Part shown: piece after piece, positions 36,006 to 48,011 of the stretch | Layout: every line of letters starts with the position of its first letter | Position numbering within the stretch: position 1 is the stretch's first letter | Assembly: GCF_004010195.1 (NCBI RefSeq) | Contig: NC_057749.1 | Coordinates: 12,561,773-12,612,597, forward strand | Length of the DNA: 50,825 bases | DNA from: Chiloscyllium plagiosum | Lineage: Eukaryota | Reading direction: 5' to 3' | Made by a program: the position numbers and the translations under genes | The notes under the pieces: model-generated | The model's database searches: none | Told to the model about the DNA's origin: nothing | What the model saw: the letters and a program-made list of their open reading frames with translations, nothing else

Positions 36006-38858
36006 AATTTCTCAGCCCCTCACTGAATCTTGTGGAGTGGTTCATTTTGGTTACTGGATCCATAGGGAACCCAGAAAATGGGTGAGTTTACTGTATGTTC
36101 AATGGACCTGGTTGAATGGGTGCCAATTATGTGACGCTTGGATCAACCCAATACATTGGGCTCAGATTAGATGACCTTGTTAATTAATGTAGTGAGTTTC
36201 AGTTACAAACAATTTTTTTTACCTTACCCACACCATCATTGTAATTGCTTCTACAAGTATAGGTTTTACTTTGTTTGTGAATATTGCTTCCCTATGTACA
36301 TCACCATGAATGTTAATATAACTGTTTAAGGAAATTTATTGTAATGAATATAACTGAACAAAGCTATTGTGAAGGTTTAGATTCTTCCCCCAGTTGTAGG
36401 CAGTAAAATCATTTTTGCACTTTTTTTTCATTCTTTTACAAAGGACTGTTTTCCTATGGCCTGTTTAGACTTAGAAAAACCTATAGTGTAACTGTAGTGT
36501 CCTCATTAGCAAAAGCAGCTTTTTGTTTTCCAAGGATGATGTAGGTGCAAATTGTTTATTAATCATGATGTAGAAATGATGCAAACTACTGTAGTTTATG
36601 TACAAAGACCTTTGCTAGTAGCATTATTCTGTGGCTTTTTTAAATTTCATGTTCTAATGTAATAACGGAATTCCAATACATTTTGTATTCAACCAGTAGG
36701 AGTGTGAACATAGACTTTTATTCATGGTCTACACGGCCTGTGTAATGGATGAATATATCGTGATGTATGCTGTTATGTAGCTGAAAGCTGCATAGGCTAG
36801 CTCTGCAGAAAGGAACTGATGGTCTCAGATAGGGAACTAAAACTGATCAGAGTTCCCCTAGATTATCATGAAAAATCAGCCCGAGTGCCCCCCACCTCAT
36901 TGCTATTATCCAAAGCTTGTTTGCTGAAAAATGTATGGGGAATATCTTGCCAATATTTATGTCGGCACCTTTGTGCCCTAATAAAGGGGATATTGGGAAT
37001 CAGCTGGGATTTGCTGTAGAGGGATCAGGGCAAAAGAAAAATTGAATGCAAATTTTGTGCTGCAGACCAGCATTTCCCCTCTCAATTTTGGAATTCTGAA
37101 GGAGAGTCATACTGCTCTCGCAACATGAGCTCTTGTTCTCTCACCATAGACTCTGCCAGACCTGCTGAGTTTCACCAGTATTCTCACTTTGTTTTAGATA
37201 TTGAATTGAGTTTTCACCAATTCCTTTTGGATACTAAGACAGCAACGAGTTGTTGTTCATCATACCCCCAACCATCATTACAGGTTTTCAAGAACAGAGC
37301 TTTGAAACTCCAGCCTTATTCCAGTTTAACAGCAGTAAATAATGATCCTCAGTATTTCTGGCGATAATGCAGAGGCTACGGCAATGCACCAAACAACTTA
37401 GCTTACCTGTTCAGACTTGATTTACACACTAAAGATAAGAATAATGCAATTAAATTGAAATTACTCTATTAGACTGAGACTAATATGATTTCTGTTCTGT
37501 AGTGACAGTTGCAAACTGCTCAGAAGGCTGTTCCATTTTAAAGATTCATTTTGTATTTGCAAACAGACAAGATTGGGAATTCAATTCTATACATTTTCAT
37601 TCATTTGATCAGAAGTACACTTCACAACCCATGCAGAGAAGCTGCCCTTAGAGATTCATGTTTTCTCAGAGTGAGGAGAATATGTAACATGAGAAGAAAC
37701 AGATTTAGTTGTGTAACATTGTAGCCACACTATAATCCATTACTCAGAAGGCTGTTCCATTTTAAAGATTCATTTTGTATTTGCAATACCTTGTTCAGGT
37801 GATAACACAATTTGTAATAGATGATGAGCATGTAATAGTCTGCTGAGGAGAACAATTGGAGAAAAATAACGAGTTCACAGTTTTGGTTTTAGTCTAGCTT
37901 TATAAAAAAATGTATATGTTATAACAGGTCTAAAATGTCTAATAAGTAGCTCATTCTTTGAAAACAAACTGACATTACAAAGCATTAGATTATAACTGAT
38001 CAGATGGGATTGAATTAAGCACTGTAATCACATTACACACTGCCATAACTGACCCTCTATCCACAGTCTCTACAGTAATAATCACTGCGCACACAATGGA
38101 TACTTGTATTAGCGAGTGGGTGGATAATACAGCCTTTGTATAAATGTACTTCAGTTGATGGAGGTGTTTTTATGGTTTGATGATGAATAGAACTTCTTGC
38201 TTCTGCAACATTCAATGAAATAGATAATGAAATCTATCAATATACTAACTACGCAGCTGGTTAACAAATATTTTAAATAGTTGTTTGGTAATACAGAACT
38301 TATTAACTGGAGTGTTCTGCATGGCAATGCCTCTAACAAATAGCATCTTCTTGTCAACCAATCTTAGATATAAATACTGCTTTCCTTCTACTTTAGTATT
38401 TCTAGTGAATAATCCTGATGAGTGCAAGACTAAGTATATCAAAAAAACCTCTTCTTTCTCACATATTTAAGTATTTCCAGAGAAAGAAATGTCAGGGCAA
38501 TAAACAGCCTCAGCAATCCTTCGCCAGTTAGACCAAAATTCGTGGTTTCCATTCCAGTTTGGTCCACCTGCAATAGATTCTCATGGGTTATCCCAACCAG
38601 AACTAATCTCTCTTTTTCAAATCCTGTATGACATGTATTGTTAAGAGTTCCAGCATGTGTTTTTTTTTCACAAACCAAACCTGCTGATGACCAGAACATT
38701 GGAAAGAATCGCCCTACTGCAGTGTTTCCAATGACCTCACACACTCGCACAGACTGCATCCATTACACAGCTGAGTTTAGAATGGTAATGGGTATTTTGT
38801 TGACTTTAGGGATCTGGCCAGCAATAATCCAAACACAGTAAACCCAAGTCCTGATTGT

Positions 38859-38965
38859 CTACATCAGTTCTCGCTTTTTGTTCAGGTCATCAGTGCCCGC
38901 ATCTACAGTGGACTCTGGTTCCAAGGGTAATGATGGAGGTTTCTGCGTTCGGATTGGGCATCCAC
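38859..38965 (-). CDS. bbs4: BBS4 last coding exon (GGCPIRTQKPPSLPLEPESTVDAGTDDLNKKRELM*)
   Basis: ctgcag|GT...ATG TAG on the minus strand; KPPSLPLEPE matches the recalled human BBS4 C-terminus. Confidence 0.88.
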
Positions 38966-39854
38966 CTGCAGTGAGGAAAATTCAGTCAGGGCACCAGCAT
39001 GTACAATATACAAACCACTTTTGTTAGAAAGCTTGGCAGGTTATCACAGGTAAATCAAACAGGTTTACTGACAAATATAAAATGTGGAGGCGGGGGGGGG
39101 GGGGGAAAGCCATGTTTAAAACACTGTGAAAAAGCAGTTTGGCCAATTAAAGAGAAACTGCATTGGAAATTCTAGAGATATACAATTATGTACGTGTCAA
39201 AAAGATTTGGATGAACATAAAGATCAAGGATTCAAATGGATGATTTCCTGAAAAAGTGTAATAGAACACAAAACACCAACAATATTTTTGGGTTCACTAA
39301 ATGTCAAAAAAGAGTAATGATAATTTTCTTTAAAAAATTCATAAAAAATTATGAGGAAGGGGATCCATGTTCCAGAGTCAAAAGACATCCAACTCCAAAC
39401 CACAGTAGCTTCAGGCCATTCTCACTGCTGCTCCACTAATCTACACATTTTTAAAGAGATTATAGAAGCTTCACTCATTGTCCAATTTTCCCTTTCCCTG
39501 GTGAAGATATGGAATCTTGCTAAGGTACAGCGCTACAGACAATTCTCCAGTCGCCATTCTTATAAAGTCCAGATGATGGACACTGATAGGCTATTTGACA
39601 GTAGAAAGCATCACATCCACCTTGCAGAAAGCAGCAAGTAAAACAAGAAATCCCTTACCAAATTTCCCTTTTCCTAGTCCCAAGATTCTGCAGTTGCAGT
39701 AAACATCAAGATTCAGAATTCCTCACTATTCATTTGTCTAAACTGGAATCATCTCTCAAACATTTACATAAACACTTCAATATTTATCTGAATTAACAGA
39801 TCTATAAATATGTAAGACCTCTGTGTCCAAAAAAAAGATTAAGTTGAGATATGT

Positions 39855-40402
39855 TGGACGGAGAGACCTAGAGATTCAGGTACATAGTTCCTTGAAAGCG
39901 GTGTCACAAGTTTAGTATGCTCGCCATCATTAGTCAGTACAGGAGTTGAGAGGTCATGTTATGGCTGTACAGGACACTGGTTAGGCCACTTTCAGAATAC
40001 TGCGTTCAATTCTGACCAGGATTGATGAAGACTGGATAGGCTGGGACTTTTTTTCCCTGGAGTATAGGCGGTTGAAGGGTCATCTTATAGAGATTTATCA
40101 AATCATGAGGGGCACAGATAAGGTCAATAGCAAAGGTCTTTTCCCTAGGGCATGGGAGTTCAAAACTAGAGGGCACAGGTTTAAGGCGAGAGGTAAAAAA
40201 TTTAAAAGAAACATGATGGATAACATTTTCACTGAAAGTGTGATGTGCATATGGAATGAGTTACAACATTTTAAAAGAAATTTGGACAGGTTTAGAAGGC
40301 TATGGACCAAATGCAGGCAAGTGGGACTGTTTTAGTGTGGGAAACCTGGTTGGCATGGATGAGTTGGACTGAAGGGTCTGTTTCAGTGCTATATGACTCT
40401 GT
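39855..40402 (+). mobile_element. Decayed CR1-like LINE 3' end
   Basis: ORF 40072-40335 (LIEIYQIMRG.DKVN...FPR...KTRGHRFK); tail atatgactct. Confidence 0.8.
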
Positions 40403-40492
40403 AAAAGAGACAATGACTATTTTCCCCAAATAGCGCTAACTTTAAGTGCTAACAAGTTCCCAGAATTTAGAGTTCGATGAGCTGCTCCTTAC

Positions 40493-40703
40493 CTGCAGAG
40501 AGCTGCATTGTTTTGCTATACCCTGCAGCTGATGACATAGCCTGACCTAGGGCCTGGTTAGAGCCCAGCGGTTGTTGGTTGGTGGTGGATTTACTGGATG
40601 GTGCTGGACGCTCTCTTGATTTGGAATCCTTTGCTGGTTTTGTCCAGACCAGATTCTCCCCGACCTGAAGAGCAGCTCCAATCTTCTGAGCCATGTCTAC
40701 CAG
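40493..40703 (-). CDS. bbs4: BBS4 penultimate exon ([23 protein letters not shown]...[20 protein letters not shown]...LSA)
   Basis: ttccag|CTG...GCAG|gtaagg, 211 nt, phase 0-1; matches human [23 protein letters not shown]...[20 protein letters not shown]. Confidence 0.95.
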
Positions 40704-40940
40704 CTGGAAAGTATTAATTTCTTGGCATCAGTCAACAAATATTCTCATCTCCATGTCAACCCTAAAACATTCAATCCTAGATCAGAGGAATAATTCAATA
40801 AAATTAAAGAAAAATATTTAGTTCCGTTGCAAAGGTGAAGCTTTGAAATGGGAAAACAAGTTTGTAAAATCGCCTGTGCATCTTGTAAAAATAAAGCCTC
40901 AAGTCAATTGTAGCAATGCATGAATGCAGTAAAGTCAATA

Positions 40941-41151
40941 CAGGTTGTTCTGCTAAAACACGAGAGTTGTGTTCCTCTGCAACCGTGTGCTGTAGAAAAT
41001 CACACTATGGAAAACTGCTATAGGAAATCAGATATAGAAAATTGCTATACTCATTCACTAGAAAATTTGTGTTATCCAAACAATGCCCACAATTAGTCAA
41101 TTGTGTTATAGCCAATTCGCACTGATGAAATACACGTTATAGCAGAACCTG
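40941..41151. mobile_element. MITE, Tc1/mariner-pogo-like
   Basis: Imperfect TIRs caggttgttctgctaaaac / gttatagcagaacctg, TA on the left flank, internal ctat(a/g)gaaaa repeats. Confidence 0.6.
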
Positions 41152-41655
41152 TGAACTAACTACTAGTGGATCTCCAGTAGAGAGGTGTGTTTTCTGACAA
41201 TCTGTATAGTGTTTTACAAACTCTGTGCCCTTTGAAGTAAGGAACACATTGATTTTTGCATCTTATCAAATCTTTAGGTAAAACCAAAAGCCAGTTTGCA
41301 CACAGCAAGCCCCAATGAGCAGCACCAAGATAGTGTTCAATTAATCTAGTTCTGATGCTGTTGTTTGATGGCAACCCCTTACTCAGGACGCCTGAAGAAC
41401 AAATAGATCTCAAGTAGTACCATTGGATTTTTAATACTTACAGAACTTCAGTTTGACATCCTACTTGAAGCGCTGAAGTTCCAATAGGAACAGGATCACT
41501 CAGTCCTGAAAGCCTACACCTGCCTCCCACCTCCATTTACCCAACTCTACTCCATATCCCTTACTAATGTACTATCAATGCAATATACATTTTCAAAATA
41601 CAAATCTCAACAGGAACATCCACAATGCAGTCTTTAAACTGTAGTACGCCCAAGT

Positions 41656-44600
41656 TAGAACATAGAACAGTACAGCACAGAACAGGCCCTTGAGCCCACG
41701 ATGTTGTGCCGACCACTGATCCTCATGTATGCACCCTCAAATTTCTGTGACCATATGCATGTCCAGTAGTCTCTTAAATGTCCCCAATGACCTTGCTTCC
41801 ACAACTGCTGCTGGCAACGCATTCCATGCTCTCACAACTCTCTGGGTAAAGAACCCGCCTCTGACATCCCCTCTATACTTTCCTCCAACCAGCTTAAAAC
41901 TATGACCCCTCGTGTTAGTCATTTCTGCCCTGGGAAATAGTCTCTGGCTATCGACTCTATCTATGCCTCTCATTAACTTGTATACCTCAATTGGGGAAAA
42001 TAGCCATTGTCTCTTTTACAGAGTCATATAGCATTGAAACAGACCCTTCAGTCCAACTCGTCCATGCCAACCAGGTTTCCCACACTAAAACAGTCCCACT
42101 TGCCTGCATTTGGTCCATAGCCTTCTAAACCTGTCCAAATTTTTTTTTAAATGTTGTAACTCATTCCATATGCACATCACACTTTCAGTGAAAATGTTAT
42201 TCATCATGTTTCTTTTAAATTTTTCACCTCTCGCCTTAAACCTGTGCCCTCAATTAGGTCCCCTCTCCTCCTCCTTTTTCCAATGAAAAAAGTACGAGCT
42301 CAGTCAACCTCTCTTCATAAGATAAGCCCTCCAGTCCAGGCAGCATCCTGGTAAACCTCCTCTGAACTCTCTCCAAAGCATCCACATCTTTCCTATAATA
42401 GGGCGACCAGAACTGGACGCAGTATTCAAAGTGTGGTCTAACCAAAGTTTTATAGAACTGCAACAAGATCTCACGACTCTCAAACTCAATCCCCCTGTTA
42501 ATGAAAGCCAAAACACCATATGCTTTCTTAACAACCCTATCCACTTGGGTGACCATTTTAAGGGATCTATGTACCTGCACACCAAGATCCCTCTGTTCCT
42601 CCACACTGCCATATCCTATCCTTAATCCTGTACTCAGCTTTCAAATTCAACCTTCCAAAATGCATCACCTCGCATTTATCCAGGTTGAACTCTATCTGCC
42701 ATCTCTCAGTCTATCTCTGCATCCTGTCAATGTCTCGCTGCAGCCTACAACAGCCCTCTATACTGTCAACGACACCTCCAACCTTTGTGTCGTCTGCAAA
42801 CTTGCTGACCCATCCTTCAATCCCCTCATCCAAGTCATTAATAAAAATTACAAACAGTAGAGGCCCAAGAACAGAGCCCTGTGGAACACCACTCACCACA
42901 GACTTCCAAGCAGAATATGTTCCTTCTACTACCACTCGCTGTCTTCTGTTGGCCAGCTAATTCTGTATCCAGACAGATAAGTTCCCCTGTATCCCATTCC
43001 TCCTGACCTTCTGAATGAGCCTACCATGGGGAACCTTATCAAATGCCTTGCTAAAGTCCATATACACCACATCCACAGCTCGTCCCTCATCAACTTTTCT
43101 AGTCACATCCTCAAAGAACTCGATAAGGTTTGTGAGGCATGACCTGCCCCTCACAAAGCTGTGTTGACTGCATTTAATCAAGCCATGCTCTTTCAGATGG
43201 TCATAAATTCTATCCCTCAGAATCCTTTCTAACACCTTGCAGACGACAGACGTGAGACTTACTGGTCTGTCATTGCCCAGGATTTCCCTATTTCCTTTCT
43301 TGAAGAGAGGAATTACATTTGCCTCTCTCCAGTCCTCAGGTACGACTCCAGTGGAGAGCTAGGATGAAAGATCTTCGCAAGTGGCGAAACAATTGCATTT
43401 CTCGTTTCCCAAAGCAGCCGAGGACAAATCTGGTCCGGGCCTGGCAACTTGTCAATCTTAATGTTTGACAAAATTTTCAGCACATCAGCTTCCTCTATCT
43501 CTATCCATTCCAGCATGCACGCCTGCTCTTCAAAGGTTTCATTCACTACAAAGTTCATTTCTTTCGTAAGGACAGAAGCAAAAACTCCCTAATCCGTTCT
43601 GCCAAGCCTTTCTCGTGCCCCTTCCTGGCTCTCCTCAGACCATTTTTAACCTCCTTCCTCCTGTAGAGCTCAGCTTGACCTTAGCTTCCTCCACCTTATG
43701 TAAGCTGCCTTCTTCCTTTTGACGAGAAACTCCACCGCTCTCATCATCCAAGGTTCCTTTATCTTACCACTTCTTGCCTGTCTCAGAGGGACATATTTAT
43801 TCATCACTTGCAACAACTGTTCCTTAAACAGTCTCCACATGTATATAGTGCCTTTACCATGGAGCAATTGCTCCCAATCCATGCTTCCTAACTCATGTCT
43901 AATCATAGTTTCTTCTTCCCCAATTAAATATCCGCCCATTTTGCCTAATCCTCTCCTTCTCTATAGCTATGTAGAATGTGAGGCAGTTGTGGTCACTATC
44001 ACCAAAATGCTGTCCCACCACAAGATCTCATACCTCCCCGGCTCGTTTCCGAGCACCAAGTCTAGAATGGCCTCTCCCCTCGTCGGCCTGTCAACGTACT
44101 GAGTTAGGAAACCCTCCTGAACACACCTTACAAAAACAGCTCCATTCAAATCTTCTGCGTGAAGGAGGTTCCAATCAATATTGGGAAAGTTAAAGTCACC
44201 CATTACAACAACCCTACTACGTCCACACTTTTCCAAAATCTGCCGACCTATGCTTTCTTCCATCTCCCTGCTGCTATTGGGGGGCCCTAACGAGGTGACT
44301 GCTCCCTTGCTGTTCCTAATTTCCACTCATACTGACTCGGTAGGCAGATCTTCCTCGACAATGGAAGCTTCTGTAGCTGTGATACCCTCTCTGATTAGTA
44401 GTGCTACACCCCCTCCTCTTTATCCCCCCCTCCCTATTCTTTTTTTTTATTCCTGATACTCCTTGTGTTAAAGCAAACACACTTTAACTGATCCCTTGAT
44501 TCTTTCCCAGGAAATTCCTTCCCACTGGCTGGTCTACCTCTTGCTATTGCCTCATCTACATCAACTCTCACCACCGGTATATAGCTCAGGTTCCCACCCC

Positions 44601-44950
44601 CCTGCCATACTAGTTTAAACCCTCTTGAACTACTCGAGCAAACCTTCCACCCAGGACATTGGTCCCCTTCCAGTTTAGGTGCAACCAGTCCTTCATGTAC
44701 AGGTCCCACCTTCCCCAGAAGGCATCCCAATTATCTACATATCTGAAGCCCTCCCTCCTACACCAGCTGCGCAGCCACGTGTTAAGCTGTGCCCGCTCCC
44801 TGTTCCTTGCCTCGCTATCTCGTGGCACCAGTAGTAAACTAGAGAACACTACTCTGTTCGTCCTGCTTTGCAGCTTCCATCCTAACTCCCTGAAATCACT
44901 TTTTATATCCTCGATCCTTTTCCTGGCTATATCATTAGTGCCAATATGTA
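41656..44950 (-). mobile_element. CR1/HER1-like LINE: end of ORF1 (SGNH esterase-like) plus frameshifted ORF2
   Basis: ORF 44610-44849 (LNTWLRSWCRREGFR...DLY..D.LHL); APE and RT motifs in ORFs 43967-44326, 42957-43235, 42711-42935 and 42254-42604; ttctatgttcta tail. Confidence 0.92.
41991..42251 (-). repeat. 261-bp inverted copy of 40169-40429 inserted into the LINE
   Basis: Manual alignment gives 7 mismatches and no gaps; host 8-mer cctcaatt on both sides. Confidence 0.92.
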
Positions 44951-45203
44951 ATATGTGCTATTTCAGAACTCAGACTGCTGAACAGGTTAGGCTGAAAAGT
45001 AAGACAGATGTTAAGGGAAAAGACAAAGCAGTATCAAAAGTATTTAATTTAAAATCAATTGTTTAGATGGTATCTGATGATATCGCCTCACAGTGTTACA
45101 TCTCTAGTTGAGATCTGGGAAATGAAATTGAATCTTGAATTCAAGATTATTGGACTTGCAATAAGTTGACAATGATTACATTGATGAGATATTGTGACAG
45201 TAC

Positions 45204-45348
45204 CTCTGGATCAAACTCTGGCATGTTACTACTGGCTTTCAGTTTATTGATCTTCTGCTCCATTTCCTGATATTGGTGAAGGGCTCCCTTTTTATCCCCT
45301 TGATTGTACAGTAAAATGGAATAGTTTAAGTTCACCAGTGGGTTTGAC
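45204..45348 (-). CDS. bbs4: BBS4 TPR exon ([48 protein letters not shown])
   Basis: gtatag|G...GAG|gtactg, 145 nt, phase 2-0; matches human [32 protein letters not shown]. Confidence 0.95.
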
Positions 45349-47553
45349 CTATACGCGAAAGAGAGAAAGATTTTCACAGCAAAAGATGAGCCTGCTTTCC
45401 ATCAGAATCCACATGACATTTCACACAACATCAGTGTTAAACAGAAAGCATATTAAATTGTGTTGGGAACGCAGTTATTATGAGAACTGGCAACAGACAT
45501 TCCCGAGTTGCCAGGGATTTATCATGTGATTGCCTGGAAATGGAAAATCAGGAGGTTAAAAGGAGACTGGTCTATTTGCTGTTCACAAAAAGAAAACCAA
45601 ATGACTTTTGAAAGCAGTGTCCAACAAAGGTTTGAGAGAGAGAGTGTTAAAAGAGTTGCTTTAATTGTTAAAAATTATGGATCTATACTGTCATTGCCTA
45701 GCAACAGCACCTGACTGAGGTAATAGGTCATGTGTGTTAACATCCTTGGACAGGATAATGAGAATACAAACAGGTGTTTTCTGAATACACACCTAGAAAC
45801 TGCAGGTAGTTACTGGAAAGATTGGACAAGTAGTATTGTTTATCAGTCTGTATGGATCAGAACTCAGAACAAAAGCACTACTTGTATATCTCTTAGTGAA
45901 ATAGTTTGAAAACCCCAGGTAAAATTCCAATTATCTAGACTGCTAAGTGTTTCACAGCAAAGTCTGAAAACTGGTCTGAAGGTTTCCCAACATTCCGTGA
46001 CTACTCCTAACCACTTAATTACTATTTTATGTTCAAACTGCTTTAACTGTAACTCACCAAAATTCAGTTGCATTACTCACTAAAAGGCTTTAGCTGTTTC
46101 CAAAGATACCTTCAACTTAACAGGATAAACCTGGTTTTTGCCCTTTTATCACATACCAATTACCATTGCTCCACATCCTAAATACTGAGCTCCCAAATTC
46201 CCAGGAGGAATGCACTGAGATTGAGGCCCGCTACTTCACGAGCCGTAACCAGAGAAGAAACATCTTATTCAATCAATCTGATTCTCTTTATTACTGTTAA
46301 GCAGAATTTTTTAAAAGTTTCAATAATCCCAAAAATAACATTTATTACAGGCTCGCCAACAAGAAACTAAATGAACTGTGAGAAAGTCACCTCATTCTAC
46401 CATTTTACTTTTGATCAATGGGTTTCCTCTATTTTTCCACTCATAATTGCTCCACAAAGGTGGGTTCTTGTGACCAGTGATAGTATCGCCATCTCTGAGC
46501 CAGGAGGCTCGGGGTCAAGTCCCATCTGCTTCAGAAGTGTGCAATAATATGTCTGAACAGGGTGATTAGAAATTATCTTTCTCTGCAGAGTTGTGCATAT
46601 GATGTATGGTCTGTGTATGAGTGTGCATGTTTGGGATTACAGAATAGCTTAGTTGATAGCTAGTTTGCTACTTGCTTAAAGATGTTTACCTGTAAGAAGT
46701 GTTATTTTTAAGTTTACTGAAAACCTGGTGATATTCTCTTTTGTTCTAGTTAACAGTAATAAAGAGAAACAAACTGGCTACTTTAGGTGATGGAATAAAA
46801 CATTTCCACTTTTTGGACGGATTTCTGGGAGTAGTGGAGCTCAATTTCCAGCCTATTCCGCCTGCCAGAACTGTAATAAGTAACAAATGCAAGACATTAA
46901 AATCTGGCTCAGCTCCATGGGCGTGGCTGTGGTTATGAGGCAAAGACTCCCTCTCTATAAATCCCATAAAGAGTGCAGATAGGGTCAGACTCAGCTGTGA
47001 TGTCCAACAGTTATGCAGTCTGCCAACATTCATTGTAGAGATAGCCCAAGGGTGTGGTCCTGGAAGGTATTTAATGCATCAGAAAACAGTACTTTTGTAT
47101 GAATTTGGTATGAAGAGTGTAGAAGATAGTGTTTTTGTCCCACCTCAATCTATCAATTTCACATTCTCCCATATTGGTAACAATGCACTTGAGAAACTAG
47201 CTGAAGTAACATGGAGGGAAACTGTTTCTTTCATTTCAATTGATGAATGACAGAACAATATCAGAGTGGGCCAGGTGGAATGAGTTGATCAGGGAAAGGT
47301 GCCCTTGCCCAGGATAACAAGATAATCTCAGACAGAGACAGCAAGATTGCGACAGGGAGGGGCAAGAGGGAAGAGAGGGGGTAGAAGAGATCAGAGAGTC
47401 AATACTGTAATAAAAAGGTGTATCAGTAAGATACTGCTGCAATAACATGGAGAAAAATCAAAGCTTTATCATCAGCAATTTGATAGAATCTTTCCCAGAG
47501 ATCATCTAATTGAATCTTTAACATTCGTCAGCTCAGGTCCTACTGATACTCAC

Positions 47554-47623
47554 TGATCCAAACTCACAGCTTGGTTGTAGGCTCTCTTTGCATTGTCAGG
47601 ATCTGCCAGGTTGGTTAATGTCA
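47554..47623 (-). CDS. bbs4: BBS4 TPR exon (VTLTNLADPDNAKRAYNQAVSLDQ)
   Basis: ttacag|TG...CA|gtgagt, 70 nt, phase 1-2; matches human [24 protein letters not shown]. Confidence 0.92.
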
Positions 47624-48011
47624 CTGTAACAAGAAACAAACATAAGAAAATTTACATTTACTGGGATGTCTCAATACATCCATAGTTTCCTCACAAGTTT
47701 GTACCACTCAAAGTCCTGACCTTTGAGCTCATCCATCTTCTCATCTGCCCATAGCTTTTCATTCCTCTAACTTTGAGTTCATGTAAATAAATCCACTGTT
47801 GAGGGGCACATGCCCAGTTACCTTGGCATGACTTCCTCCCTAAACACTCAGTCTTCACTACTAACTTGTTCATGCAAGTTATCTCCATATCATCCCACAG
47901 TCGATGTTCATTTTAGTTCCTCTATAAAAATGCTGCTGTATAGTTTTATTTGTTAAAAGGGGCTGTTTAACTGTAGGTTACTATAAGCACACAGTTATTG
48001 AGTTAACATCA

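Noticed and set aside
36828..36860. Small hairpin tagggaact...agttccccta as a miRNA or terminator
   Set aside because: The stem is only ~9 bp with a bulge, too short for a pre-miRNA and expected by chance
45660..46880. Additional LTR-like fragments in the bbs4 intron
   Set aside because: Composition is suggestive, but I could not define termini or a target-site duplication
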